A stretch of DNA of 56,998 bases, filler included, from Sphacelaria rigidula (taxonomy: Eukaryota): NCBI GenBank assembly GCA_964200075.2. It is 6 parts of 6 records of this genome, joined end to end, with 100 filler letters (N's around TTAATTAATTAA, not from the genome) between each part and the next. Parts side by side here need not be neighbours in the genome. Positions count along the whole stretch, not along the records: positions 19,035 to 28,450 come from CAXNAA020008551.1; positions 28,551 to 37,966 come from CAXNAA020008552.1; positions 38,067 to 47,482 come from CAXNAA020008553.1; 3 more parts are not named here. One strand, written 5' to 3'. Positions 26,001-39,068 of this stretch are shown in pieces. Every line of letters begins with the position of its first letter. The stretch's first letter is position 1. The translations under genes were made by a program, and so were the position numbers. Below the pieces are notes generated by a model that worked only from the letters and a program-made list of their open reading frames with translations, was not told the DNA's origin and made no database searches.

Positions 26001-28450
26001 ATCGTGTTGTCATCCATTAATCGCTGTTGACTTGGTCATTGTTCATTCTTGATAGTGGTGCGCTCTTCTACAATGTTACGCCGGGGGATTTTCGTTTTGT
26101 TTTATTAATCTTTTAAACGCCTTCGCGAAAAACGGTGAGAAGCGTTGGATGATGGCAAATATCCTGATTTCGCAAGCACGGTCCGCACCTGCTGTGCATT
26201 CAAGAGCAGCCCAGACGGCATCGCCCAGGAGGGAGGAGGAGACAGACGCATGAACAATCAAGGTGCGTTCATATATAGACAGACGAATCCTCTCGCAAAT
26301 TGCGATGGCAACAGTGCTGTATGCAACGAGTTAGGGCAGAATCCGTGCAGATCAGGGTGAACATCACCCCCCTCGCTGAGACCTGACCTCCGGTGTCATG
26401 GGAGGACATGGCGCTCGACGTACACCATGTAGACAACGTGAAATTTTTGTTGCAAAAGGTTTCACCATGTAGACAACGTAAAATTTCTGTTGCAAAAGAT
26501 TTCACTGAAATCCATCGTTGTCACAAATTGAATGACTTGACTGAAGTTGATTTTTTTTTCAAATTTTGCTCCGCACCAGCACATGGGTGCAGTAGAGAGC
26601 GGCCTTCCTGCTCTACGAGGTGGTCACCCCAGTACAGTACAAACGCGTGCAGCACAACACCATGCACCCTAGTGTAGCNNNNNNNNNNAGAACCGCATAA
26701 CTTTGTTGAGTGAAGTGCAGTGCAGCACAGAGTGTTGTACAGCCTGCGAAGTGCAATGTTCGGGAGTAAACAGCGCCGAGTGCGGGCAGAAAGACTATGT
26801 ACAGTACCGTTGTAGTCTTGTGACGGTCTTGTCGAAGCAACCCGCATTCACGATGAGCGACGTGCGGCCGTGGGTCATGTGTAGTTGTGCGGGTTACGTA
26901 CTCCATGAAGGGAGGTATTCATCCCGCCTGGTACCTTTTCATTACGCATGTTTTGTACAGCCTGTGAAGTGCAATATTCGGGTATGGCCAGCGCCGAGTG
27001 CGGGAAGATACAGCTTGTACAGTACTGCATGACGGTCTTGCATGATGAGCGACATGCGGCCGTGGGTCATGTGTGATTCTGCGGGTTACGTACTCCATGA
27101 AGGATAGTATTGATCCCACCTGGCGCCTTTTTATTGCGCATCGATGGCATGTTGGGATCCTTCACTCGGGTTCGGACGACCCCCGACGTGGAGCGAGATA
27201 ATCAGACTCGTAAACGACATAGATTTCGAGTTGTGAACTTCGACAGTACATTAGTACGACGATCACATGCAGGATCATGGCATTAGACGGCGTGGCAACC
27301 AAAACCCGGTTATCGTTGGACAGTACAGCACGTTAACCGCACGATTGAGGATATCTGTAATAAAAATAATTGACGTACGATCCTACACGCATCCACTCCC
27401 CCGCGCATTCGCTGACCGTAGATGTGGAAGATCCCCAAGACTCACGGTTGGGGTGCAACATCTGGTGCACTTTTGAGACGCCGGCCGGGGCAGAACGAAC
27501 GTGAGATACGGCACCGCAATCGGTCTCGAGGTAAGAGCACCCCGATACCCCTCTTGCACTATTACCGTGCGAAGTAGAGGTGCTGAAGACCCAGCTCATC
27601 TGACGACTTTACTCTTATTCCCGCTGATGACTGTGATATTTGAACTACATTGAGGATGCCTATGTTCCGGGATATCATCATTTCACACGAACCCGTGTCT
27701 TTTGCAATCTAAAAACAAATAAGACTGCACGACTGATACGTTGCGTCAATCTATCATTTTCCCGTCTATTCCGGGCAGGTAATGAAGTGTCTGCACCACT
27801 GTCGCCTCCATCTCGACCGACACATGCCACATCCGCGGTTGAAAGTGGATCTCCCCTGACGCCCTCCGAATGTGCAGCACCGGTGGAAAATGTGAGGGAC
27901 ATCGCCGAGGGTCACACCGGCGAACGAGTCAAACCGCAAAACTGGCTGAGCCCCTGTTCTTACGGCAAAGATACAGCGACTGTGCTGTTCAGTGCGCCGG
28001 AGGCGTCCTTCGCGTCCAGTGATGGCGCATCTGTAGAAAAGCAGGGGTTGGAGGGGTGCTATGACCATCCGAGTGCAGAAGGCAGGAACTTCAAATTTCG
28101 ATCGGCCGGGGAAGGCGCGACTCGTAAAGTCTCCATCGCCTCGGCCTCAGAAAATAGTGTACGGGAGGTGTCACCACGGAATCCGCCGACAGTGCCTCTC
28201 AAGGATTTGGGTAACACCCCCTGCAAAATCGGGAGAGCTGCCGGTGGTAGGGCCCCGGAGGTAAAAAATTCAACTCCATCGGCCGAGGCCAAGAAGAGAC
28301 GTACACCGCCCAACTCCGGCAGGGGCACACCACCACATGCTGACGTACGTGCATCGAGGCGGAAGAGAACCGCGACGAATAAGCCGGAGGTTGACAGCGT
28401 ATGGGGAGCGTGGCATGAACAACAGCAGGCGGCGTTGCAGCACAGAAACG
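20011..28450 (+). CDS. Partial multi-exon gene of unknown function. Exons 20011-20130, 24607-24741, 25602-25679, 26205-26262 (tentative), 27779->28450
   Basis: AG/GT-bounded exons join in phase: IMEALQNAYQAGFIDVELTAEYSPTDNRGTFAFEVILMPK|LLNYGVSMEKRSK..SKEVK|PSYGPSPG..ASSP|SSPDG..NNQG|NEVSAPLSPP.. The last exon is long, low-complexity and S/P-rich, with NLS-like KKRR and RRKR. Confidence 0.7.
21636..22029 (+). mobile_element. tRNA-derived SINE with (CA)n tail
   Basis: Head has A-box-like TGACTCAGTTGG and B-box-like GGTTCAGTTC followed by a T-run, then a ~300-bp body and a CA-repeat tail at 21983-22029. Confidence 0.75.
23204..23285 (-). mobile_element. 3' fragment of the same SINE family, opposite orientation
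   Basis: GTGTGTGTTGTCGTCCCATCTGTTCTGGACCCCGGT..CACCAGCCG is a diverged reverse complement of 21922-21995. Confidence 0.7.
24220..24420. repeat. 82-bp tandem duplication, probable MITE end
   Basis: ACCGTGGTATCGT..GTTTTGAAAATACCCGAT at 24220 and 24302. The block ends in ..GGTGCCTG. Confidence 0.65.
26422..26505. repeat. 41-bp tandem duplication
   Basis: CACCATGTAGACAACGTRAAATTTYTGTTGCAAAAGRTTT x2. Confidence 0.9.
26733..27141. repeat. ~200-bp tandem duplication next to a 10-N assembly gap (26679-26688)
   Basis: TTGTACAGCCTG.GAAGTGCAAT..GATGAGCGAC.TGCGGCCGTGGGTCATGTGT..GGGTTACGTACTCCATGAAGG occurs twice. Confidence 0.85.
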
Positions 28451-28550
28451 NNNNNNNNNNNNNNNNNNNNNNNNNNNNNNNNNNNNNNNNNNNNTTAATT
28501 AATTAANNNNNNNNNNNNNNNNNNNNNNNNNNNNNNNNNNNNNNNNNNNN
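28451..28550. other. Artificial 100-bp spacer
   Basis: N44-TTAATTAATTAA-N44. Confidence 0.97.
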
Positions 28551-30662
28551 TCTCAGACCCCGTGATTGTTGCACCTGCGTCCAGAGACGCGGAATGCGGA
28601 CAAACATAATGAATAAGAATAATATATTTTCATTTTTGAACTCCCAAAATAATGTACCATTCAAATGCTTACAAAGTCTACCCATCAACGCAGAAATGTG
28701 CGTTACAACCGAGCACAAGTTAGCGACTCTCTCCGAAACTGGGAAAAAACATCAAGACTAGGGTGCACGTCAAGTCGAAAAATATATCATAGCCCCTGAA
28801 GTTGAAATGTAATGATTTCAGGAGGGGGGGAGGTTGTACGCGAAACATCGTGCGCCGCCCACCTGTAGGGTCCTTGTCTAGCGTGCGTATGTCGATATTC
28901 TACTTGTAATAGTATTTGATCTGGAGTAAGAGCACAACTTTCACGCAGCTAGATCTTTGCAGCCTAACGTGAAGTAGCTGTCGTTTTTGTATGAGGTTCA
29001 TTCTGATGACACTATATGTAAGATATCATGAGTGGCTTCGCTTCACCCAAAACAGGCGCATAATCCATACTCCAGTCAAGTTTGGCTGGTGGTATCCTCC
29101 CCGGGGGCCGCGAGATGGCAATTTTCGGGCGTATGAAGGGTGCTCTGCTCCTGCATCCGCAGCTGTTTGTAGCGGGATTCTACAGTGTAATACGTAGTGT
29201 CGCTGAGCAAAAACTGTGTAGAATGCACCACGTGGTGCTTTAGTGCAACATTGGCACTGTCTTGGTTGCTTGGTGCCTAGTGGAGTGGTGGGTGCAGTAG
29301 TGGCACCTACTGTTATATCATGTTTTCATCACGCAAAGGAAGCATAGGGTGCACCGTATTTCTTGTAGGTGTCGTAGGTGTACACAGCGGCGAACGGGAT
29401 AAGTACACCAAGTGAAACACCGAGCGTACTGTACTTTCGGACATTTTTTTGTACCCAAAAATTGGAAAAAAATCCCTCTTGGGGAGGCATGGTACCCGAC
29501 ATTCTAATCTACGGGTACCCTCGAGTAACACAGAAATATTACTCAAGACCACGCAACAAGAAAAGTCAGCCCCCAGCACCTGCTATACCACGATCCGATG
29601 CAGCTCCACAGCCCCGTGAGACGGACGCTGGGTTGCAACACACTACCGGACCTACCTACTTGGGTGGGTGCAGCTGTCGATGCCTGTAGATATGCCCATG
29701 CTGCGAAGTCTCCGACGTAGCTGTCGCTGGATGGTGAGAAACGCCCAGGAGTGACGTCATATTTGGGGTTCTATGGCTATCCAGATCCACATGGTAGTAG
29801 TAGTGACGTCTAAATCGACAACGACAACTATGCTCCGCGCATAGCAGTGCCGCGTTTCTCATCTGCCTGGAGTCAGAATTTGGCTTTCTCTTATCTTTAG
29901 ATGCATTCCGAGCTATCTTTCTTCCACCCAATTTCTCATATCGAAAAAAAATAAGCCCTTCGCCCCATCTCCACTCTTCTTTTCAGTGGGCCGGGTCTGA
30001 AATATACACGACCTCCTCATACCGACACGTGCATGAACATGTTGGTACAAAGCGTAACCCACCCAGGACGGGTTGGCAATAGCTTGGCTTGCTCTCCACT
30101 TCACACGCTGTGGTCGCGACTTGCATCCTATTCATTCTGATATCCTTGAAAAAATGTTGAATCGTGCATCGTAGTTCAGTTTTGTCCATAAGCCGAGGGG
30201 ATTCGCAAACCTCGAGGCTCAGCAGTGAACCCCCCTACCCCCTATCATCCCGTTCACCCCTCCCGCCGCGGACACAGGCCCTGGGTTCGACGCTTCGAAT
30301 ATTCGTTCGCGTCGCTTATAGCTGTTATAAGTTGTGACTTCAATATGTTATTGATATTTAGCCTGGGTTACTTCAGAGACGTCTTGAAGAATAAATCCAT
30401 GGCAATTTGTGCCACATAACAAGCTACGTTGTCTCGGGTTTCAGACTCGATTTTCATTACCCCCTGCCCGGCTCCGTGGAGTTTGACTCGACTAGTCCAT
30501 GTAACCATGGACTATGCTCGGGCTATGGCATGCTTCCAGCGAGGTACTGAAACTCTACCTAGTTCCGCTGTGCTCACGGGATTGGCGATGGGCTGGGTTG
30601 TCATGTGGGTGTCGACTTGAACGCACGATAATCTACCGCACGCCTATTGCTACACACTGCAG

Positions 30663-33600
30663 GCGAGAGCACATGGGATCACCCTTGCGACGAGTATTAC
30701 CGGAAACTGTACGAAGAGGAGAAAAAGAAGAAAATGACCAGCGACAAGGCCAAGCACGACAAGTCCAAACAGCAGGTGCTGGACTCGTTCCGTTTGTGTC
30801 CTCCCTGGGGCAAATATTCACGTTTTCCACGGTCGACGGTCAAGGTGTCAACAGATGACTGCGATATTGTTGGGAGTTGGTTCATGGTAGTCTGTGTATA
30901 ATGAAACGGCCCTCCTTTTCTTCGACAGCTCTCCTGTATCTCTCTTTCTGTCTTTTCGTCTTGGAAACAGGCGAAAAAGGACGTGAACCAGCTCCTGGGT
31001 AAGGACAGGAAAAAGAAAAAGATCCGAGGGACACCCGCAGAGAAGAAAAAAACTCACCAGTCGTCGCCTGAACGCCAAGTGGCACCAAACGCGGTACCGT
31101 CTATTTTCGACCGAAAACCGTTGCCAGGAATCGGTCGTCAGGCAGTGCATGGTGATGGCGATCTTTCTTCGCTGGCTTCTTCGCCGACTCACCTCAAAAC
31201 GGCGACAGCTCGGGACGCACCAACGTCACGATTTCACGCGCACAGCCTTGTGGGGCACAGACTTTCTCAGCACTTGTCCGTGTCAGCGGAAAGCGAGGAG
31301 AGTGCTCCTGAGCCTGGTGATCGCCCGAACGCGAAAGAAGACAAGAGCACGAAAAGGCTACCCACTACAGTAGATGAACAGCGGCGAGGGCAGAGTACAG
31401 GCTTTTCCAAGGAAACCTCGGAGCACGCTGCTGCTCTTCAGGTATGTCGCCAGACTTTGCTTGATTGCCATCACACCATATGCCGTGAGCAGCTTTCCCC
31501 CCGCCCGAACTTTGACGCATCTGATGAAAAGCACGATACCCGCTTACACTGGGAGAACATATCCACGCTGTGTTCCGGGAGCAACTACGTTTTTCTCGGA
31601 AGAGTCTTCATCAACTCTGGGCAATGGCGATTCTGAAATTGCACGAAACCACTCATGTTGCTTTCTTTGAGTGGAAAGCTACTGCGCTGTTTCTTCAGCT
31701 CAGCTGCGACAAATTTCGATAAAAACAGTTGTGATTGTGGAGTAAGTAAATATCTCTCAACACAATGCACATGCATACCATTTCGCGGTTCCCCCCCGCC
31801 TTCGTTGGCATGTGTTTCGCCCTTCTGTTCTTCCAACAATTTCGGGAACTAATACAGGAGCTACGCGCAAGGCATGCAAGGGAAATATCCTCCCTGGAGC
31901 GCACCCACGAGGAGACGAAGCGTGAGACCCAATTTTGTAGTGTAGCTAATACATGTTATCACCCTGCTTGTTTTGCGGCAGTAAGATGGACTGGTTTGTA
32001 GCCTTTTTGCTTTTGTTATGTGCAAGCGACAAGTGGGATTCTTTGTGGAAAGTGTGGGGAAAGGAAGTCAAATTACAAAAGAACCTGCCGACAACAGTTC
32101 CCCGAGTACATTTTGAAAGCGGGTAAACTTCGACTTGCCAGCCTGCCAATGGTCAAGGACATGTCCCCCACCCTCCGAGTCTGAGTGTTCCCTGCGAGTT
32201 TATGGTCGGGAATGATCGATCAACAGGCCGTCGCCTTCCGGATCCTACGTTGCGTACACTGCTTTGATGAACAGGTCGAGTAGAAGATACCCATCGAATG
32301 CAGCTCACTTCGCAGAAGCGACAATGGACGCTGGACGCCGAGGCCCAGGCCCAGGCGGCCCGAAAGACCTTGGATGAAGACCTTCAAGAATTGAATGCAA
32401 AGCACACCAGGGAACGCAGCAAACTAGAGAGGGAACTTGACGGTGCTAGAGCACAAATGGCTGAGGCTACACATCGTGCCGAAGAAGTGAAGGAAGATGC
32501 GATCGTCGAGACACAAGAAATAGAATCGAAGTTAGCTGCTCTGAGAGAGGCGGTTATTAATGAAGACGTGATACTTCGACAGGCGCAGGAGACTTCAAGA
32601 AAAGCTCTAGCAGCCGAAGCGGTTCATTCCCACGAAAACTGCGAGGCAGCACTTACACGGGTGCTGACAGAACTTGAAGAGGAACGCAAGCATGTTGCGG
32701 AAGTTGAAAGCCAGTTGAAAGAAGTAAGGAATGGGGAGGCGACACCTGTTGTTGGTGACGTGCTGTCGGCATCGGTTTCTGAGGAAAGGGACGCTTCACA
32801 CAAGGCCTTGGCAACGCTGAAAGAAAGGCTCAAAAAGGCCATGGAAGATAATGAAGAGCTCAGTAAAGAAGTGCAGCGACTAACTCATGCTGCACTTGAG
32901 GGTCGGCATGATGGGAGAGGGCTCGTGGATGGTTTGGAGACAAAGGATGGACGCGAGAGGCAGGTAGAAACCGAGCTCGGCGGTCTCAGGAGAGCCCTCA
33001 AAGACGCAGATCTCAGACTAGCAGAGGTGGAGCAGTTAAGGGATGACGCGGTGAAGGTAAGCTCGCCGGCGAGGAGGCGCGTAGGTTCGTGACGAACTAG
33101 CATTTTTCCAAAACCCGCAATACCCGCAGCGATAATGCTGTGCGAATTGATGTTTCGCTTCTGGATCAGCACACCCCATGGGGAGAATCGAGAGTTACAC
33201 TAGGAACGACATTATTTTGATGAAAAGCCCTGAACAATAGAAACCTTCCCTAATGCATCATTCTACTCTCCCCCCGCAGGCAGCCAAAGAGAGCGCGCGC
33301 ACCGTGCTGGACATGCAATATAAAGTGGACGGTCTTGAGCTTGATAACAACCTCTTGGTAGATCAAGTGAGTACATGGCGTAGCTTAGAGCAAGCGAGTA
33401 ACCACCGGTCGTGCTTCTCAGCCTGTCGTAGATCTGATCGTCGTGCTCTAGCGGTAGAGTCACGAACAAAACTCTGCACCATGCTATTGTTTGCCGCGTA
33501 GTACGCTGCACGGACCATTTCTGCTTACGGTACACAACTGTATACCGTCAAGACTTTCGAAGTATCGCCGTATCAGTTATGTGACACTATATGCCCGACT

Positions 33601-36600
33601 ACGCTTTGTCCCTAGGCGCTAGCTACCCTTGACTACGTACTACAGTAAGCCTCCGTACATTTTCGCAAAACGCGTACAAAGATCTGTCTTCTAGCTGCTG
33701 ATGGTGGAGGTTCCCAGATGATGTGCCCCACTACTACGCCAACGGATGCAGTCCCACCCCCCTCGCGAGGTTTCGTTTTTACTCAGCAGTGAAGATCCCT
33801 GTCGCCTTGATCCGTGTGTAATGATAATCACGCTCAATTCGCGTAAAGTCAGGTGACATGTCAGGCCTCGTTCGTTCACAAGTGAGCCTCAAGTAGGGAA
33901 TGAGTAATGAACACTTGGTGATTCGTGCATTGTTGTGCTGGTGCCATGGTGTGTTTGGTGTGTTTGGTGTGTTTGGTGTGTCTGGTGCGTTTGGTACGTT
34001 TGGTATACTTTTATGTGTTTGTGTGGACACAATGCCATTGCCCATCTCCAGTTGATGCGGGCGAGCCATCCTTGGTGCAGGTGGCATCCTTGAGGCAGCA
34101 ATCAGAACCTGACGACAACGTTTCAAGGGATACGCTAAAGGAAGCTGCGCACGGCAAACTGAAAGAAGAGCTCGTGGACATCAAGTCCGAACAAGCGGGT
34201 TACGAAGACATGCTTGCAGAACTGCGAGCGGCGGTTGCTAAACACGAGGCACAGGAGGCGCACCTACAGCAAGAGATCCAACACTTGAAGAGTGACTTGC
34301 AATATAGTAAAAAAGAAGCGATGAGATATAGAGGCGAAGTAGAAACAGCTAAGGAGCGAGACCAATGTCTGAGGAACGATATGGAGACAACACAACTGGC
34401 GGTGCAGGAAGGCCGCCGGCAGATCGAGCAACTGAGAAATAAGCTCATCAATGATGGTCCCAGCAACTCAGTCGCTTCGTCGCTGGAAATTTCTCGCTTG
34501 AAACGAGAGCTCGAACAGGCGTTGCTAGACCGCGCAAGGGCTGGTGAAGTCAAGCACGACCAAAACGATAATAAATTCATGCTAGAAGTGGAGGAGCTGA
34601 GAGCTCAAGCTGCGGCAGAAAGGAACCAACGGTGCGTTTAGGTTACCATTCAATGGTCAGTTCGGTTATGTTCAATCTGGCATGATATCACAAGTATAGA
34701 TTAAGCTGTATATGTTACAGACGTTGGCCTTTCCCCCCTCTCTCTTCCTCCAGGGAGACCCTTGTCACGGAAATGACGGTGCTGAAGACTCGACTTGCTG
34801 ACTCGGAAGGGGCGCTGCAGACGGAGCGACTAGCATTCGAGGCCTCTAGCTCTGACCAACAGGTTAGTGATAATTCAATGTGAACTCCTCTGTTTTGGCA
34901 GGCGTGCACATCTGCAACATCACATACTTATGGACTGGATGTGGAGAAAGGACGTAGCCGAAACTACCTAAATGAAGGTAGGACTCATAGTAGCGATATT
35001 CGCAAGCATAATTCTGTCGTGTCATACACACGGGTGCATTTGCTGAAGGTTGCGAGCTATGAGGCGCCGCTGTATAACACATCTGGGGGGGGGAACGTTT
35101 GGCATCTCAAAATTACAGAGTTGTAACCGCATGCTCAGGAATAACTTCAGCTCACACCATTGAAGGGATTCGGGCAGGCACCACACATGGTGTCCGAAAG
35201 GAGGTTCCAAATCGGGAAATAACCATTGTACAGGTCCTGCCGTGGCTCGCTGCAACATCTCCATCTATGAAAAGCTGCACTATATTTTGGTCCAGATGAA
35301 TTCATACAAGCACGAGGAAGACGATCATTCAACAATAACCTTGTGCACTTGTGCACTCTTTCAATTGTAGTTTGTTGGTTGGTTGTTGTCCTACTTTGGT
35401 CCGTCCGTCTGTACATAGCACTGCGGTTACCTGTACACGGCGGCGAAACACTCTTGTCCGACAGTCACCTGCAGTATATCGGCGGGGCTTCTGTATCCTG
35501 TGTCTCTGACGTCAGCCCCACGGTTGTCTGTGTTCGTTCGACTGTAGCACGGCTATCCTCGAGTTGCTGCTGCGTTGCTCTGTCCTCAGCGCCAGCGGTT
35601 GTCCTGTCCGAATCCGTGCGGAAACAGGCACGCATGCACGTCACTGTGTGTTTGTTTAACTGTGTGTCAAGTCAGCATGTCGATATATTGCAAATAGATA
35701 GCAAGCGCAAGCGCACAGCCTCACGTATTCAATCCACTCGTTATCGTCCACCCTCCTCTATTTACCGTATCACCCACTTTATTCCAGGTGTTTACCATTG
35801 ACATGATAGTTGCAGTAGAAGCAGCAAAGCAAGGAGTCAGGGTAGGGGAGATACGGAATCGGGATTGATCTTCGACGATGATTTCGTGGGAGTATCAGAA
35901 ACACCAGAAGGATGACAGAAACATATAGACAAGGCCCTAGAATACACTGGGAAATGAAAAGCGGCAGCGAACGTTAAGAAATACGCGGTAGTTGTATGTA
36001 ACGAATACAGTTCAAGTGAAAGTGAGGAGAAAAATAATTAAGGATGGTACACCATTCTAGATACCTTGGCGTGGATATATGAAAAAGAACTGTTCTTGAG
36101 ATGCACAGATAGATGAAGTAATCGGAACGGGTAAGGCGCATATGCGCAAGATGGGCATGATACTAAGAGACTCGCACCTCGATACTAGGATTAATATATG
36201 TATTCTGGTGGATGTACTTGTACCGAAGCTAGAATATGCAGAAGTATGGGAAGGGAATGCGAAGTTCGTGAGGCAGCTGGAGATGGTAGTACCGATGGCA
36301 GCGACTAAGGAATACTTGGATGCTCAAAAGCGACTAGTATACAGTATTGAAAGCAAAAATAAGAATATAACCACTCAAAACAAGTCAAAACCTGAGAAAA
36401 TTGAAATGATAATGTAACGTGAGGAGCATGCCAAGAAAGAGATTGCCAGTCAAAGTCGGTAGGGCTGTTTGGAAGAGCGCGAAGAAAGGGCAGACGGGAA
36501 TAAGGTGGGATAGCGTAGTCGAGAAAACATGGAGGGATATGGGGGGATCCAAGACAAGACAATGTCGACAGATGAATGTGGGGGGTACAAGACAACAGCA

Positions 36601-37900
36601 GGCAAACCTATAGAAGTAAGGGGGGAAACAAGCGCTAAGGCGGAAAGCGGACGAATAAGAGCACCTGAAGATATACGAGAGGTTGAGAGAAAGGGATAAA
36701 GATGAAAATATTTATCTGTATGGCCCAATGAACTACGCGAAATTTTTCAAAGTGTAATTTCGCATGGGGAGCCCAAACCTGCCAGAAACAAGAAAGAGGC
36801 ATACCAGTAGTGGGGTGAACGAGGGAGTAGATGCACAGAATTGCCCCTGTGGCTAAGTGATGGAGAGGAGGACTTATACATTGAAATCGTTTGGTACACT
36901 AGATAGTAGCGAGAAACGATCACTGTACTAGGAGGTACACGGTGGCCGCAGACGGTGGAACATTAAGGGGATAAGATATGTACAAGGTTTTGTGTCATGA
37001 ATGGAAGAAACGTGATGAGCGCCAAAATGTTGAAGGTGTCTCTATTAGGAGTAGGGACGGTGCTCCGTCTCGAAAGGGATGCGTTGTCAATGAATGGTCA
37101 AATGACTAAGATAATCAACAAATAAGTACGCGCCCCTTCCCGCCCCCCCGCCATCTCTTTAGATTAAATTGGAGGCTCTTGAAGCGACAATCAAGCTTCT
37201 GGAAGCGGAGGTGGCCGCAGACAAACAGAGGGACGAACACCGGCGTTCAACTGCTGAAGACTCGAAGGAACACCAGGCCGTGTTGAACCTCGAGGTGTGT
37301 GCGCCAAGCGTGTGGTCGGCATACCACAGCAGCGCCTCCGCCCGTTGAGCATGCCTACAAAGATTTGCTTGTCGACATCTATACCATTGATCCCGCATTG
37401 GATTGAGGGCAAGGTTGACGTACAGTCTTCGTCGTGACGGACGACGCTATACTTCCGCTGCGTTATCTCATAGTAGTACCATGTAATCAAGACAGTGACG
37501 TACCCGTTGCTACCTTCGCGGTCGTATCATATTCTCTGCAAGTTTTCAATTTGTCTGCATGACTAGGATACTGTGCGGTCAAAAAACAAAACGGACTCGA
37601 CTTTTCCGTGCATGTTGGTGGATCGTGAATCGACCAGTAATCTATCTCTGGCGTTTGGTTCTGTGTATCTATCGACAGAAAAAACGGAAAACAGGCGATG
37701 CAGAGGGACCCCAACTCCTCGCTGGGGAATGCGTTTCAGGCCAAGAGAACGCCACAGAAGACGGGTGGAAAGCAGAGGTAGTTTCTGTCACAGAGCTGGA
37801 GCGCGCGATAACAGCCGCCAGTGAAGCCATGGAAAAAGCACGCAATGTAGCGGATGAGAAAGCCAAGATCGAAGTTCGTTTACAGCGTGCCGAAGAGCAG
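30663..37900 (+). CDS. CEP164: CEP164-like WW-domain/coiled-coil centriolar protein, partial. Exons 30663-30775, 30971-31441, 31858-31921, 32275-33056, 33280-33366, 34081-34631, 34754-34862, 37163-37294, 37679-37900
   Basis: The first exon encodes GESTWDHPCDEYYRKLYEEEK, matching the end of the CEP164 WW domain (WDHPCD). All nine exons splice GT-AG in phase into a long E/K/R/L-rich coiled coil. The 5' exons were not found and the 3' end runs off the fragment. Confidence 0.82.
33948..34005 (+). repeat. 9-bp minisatellite (GGTGTGTTT)n, ~6 degenerate copies
   Basis: Direct reading; intronic. Confidence 0.85.
35780..37152 (+). mobile_element. 5'-truncated decayed LINE (RT C-terminal half plus 3' UTR) in an intron of the CEP164-like gene
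   Basis: GLIFDDDFVGVSETPEG*QKHIDKALEYTGK (FADD region), RYLGV, VLVPKLEYAEVWEG and RSMPRKRLP motifs, with many stops and frameshifts. Confidence 0.85.
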
Positions 37901-37966
37901 GTTTGTGTACAATACTGTTGAACTGTTCAGGTTTGTATGGGGGGGGGGGGGGGGACTAATGATCAT

Positions 37967-38066
37967 NNNNNNNNNNNNNNNNNNNNNNNNNNNNNNNNNN
38001 NNNNNNNNNNTTAATTAATTAANNNNNNNNNNNNNNNNNNNNNNNNNNNNNNNNNNNNNNNNNNNN
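37967..38066. other. Artificial 100-bp spacer
   Basis: N44-TTAATTAATTAA-N44. Confidence 0.97.
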
Positions 38067-38974
38067 GCACCGCGATGTAACATACTGTAGTGCAGCATAC
38101 AGGCCGCGCGTACGATATGCTGCACGTTGTTCAAGTCCTTTTCACGTCGCACTGTAGGTAGAGAACATACATATACACATTGTCCTGCGCTGTCTGTACT
38201 GTATACTTTCCCACTTCCCTTTCACGCCCTCCGCACTGTGCTGCAACAGCTGTGCGCGCAAATATATGATGTGGAACGGGCGTGAAAAACTGGAGTTCGT
38301 GACGGTATATAACACCCGCCCCATATATCAGAATAGGCTGCAGGCATCTATACATTGTATTTATAGCCAGCCATCTGCAGTACATAGCGCTGCACGTATA
38401 CGCACGGCGGTATAGCGCACTGTCCCGCATGCAACGGTATTGTACAGTCCAGTATTTTGTTGTTGTGAATATACATCCCGATTACGCAGTATGCGATAAG
38501 ATCGATGTTTCATTATCCCTGTATATTGTGTTAGTTTCGTCGACGCGGGACTACGGGGTTTTCATCAGGTGTATGCATCTACGAGCGAGGTCAATTACCA
38601 TCCGTTATCATGACATCAGCTGCTACAAAAGCTTGCGTGCAGTAAATAGGACTTGAACAGCTGAAGCTGCTCGCGAGCAAGTTTTTTCTCCACCCAATTT
38701 CAGGTGCCCTTGGTGGTGTACAAATTCCATCTGCGATATACTGTTTATATATAGGATTGTCTGTAGAGCTGAAGCTCTTCGAAGTGAATCCTTTCTCAGC
38801 TATATTCCCAGTTTGGTATTAGGATATATTTCAAGCAGCAGCGGCTGTCCAAATTTGTTTTCATTTCACCTGTGCCTCTAAAAACAATTCGGGGGATTCC
38901 AGTGTTTTTGACACGGACCTTCGAGGGCCGCCCCAAAATTCAGAAGTACAAAAAACTCAACCAATCCGTAACGA

Positions 38975-39068
38975 ATGCCACGCGTAGCTCCGTGTATGTA
39001 ACCGGCGTGTGACAATATTGTGAAGTCGAGGGTTTGACTCCGGTCCAGCCTGATCAGTTTTTTTTTCC
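38975..39068 (+). mobile_element. Possible degenerate tRNA-derived SINE head
   Basis: A-box-like GTAGCTCCGTG and B-box-like GGTTTGACTCC followed by a T-run. No cloverleaf evident. Confidence 0.4.

Noticed and set aside
12369..37900. Ciliary gene cluster (CEP164-like plus ATP-grasp-like gene)
   Set aside because: The genes lie on different fragments separated by artificial spacers, so linkage is unsupported.
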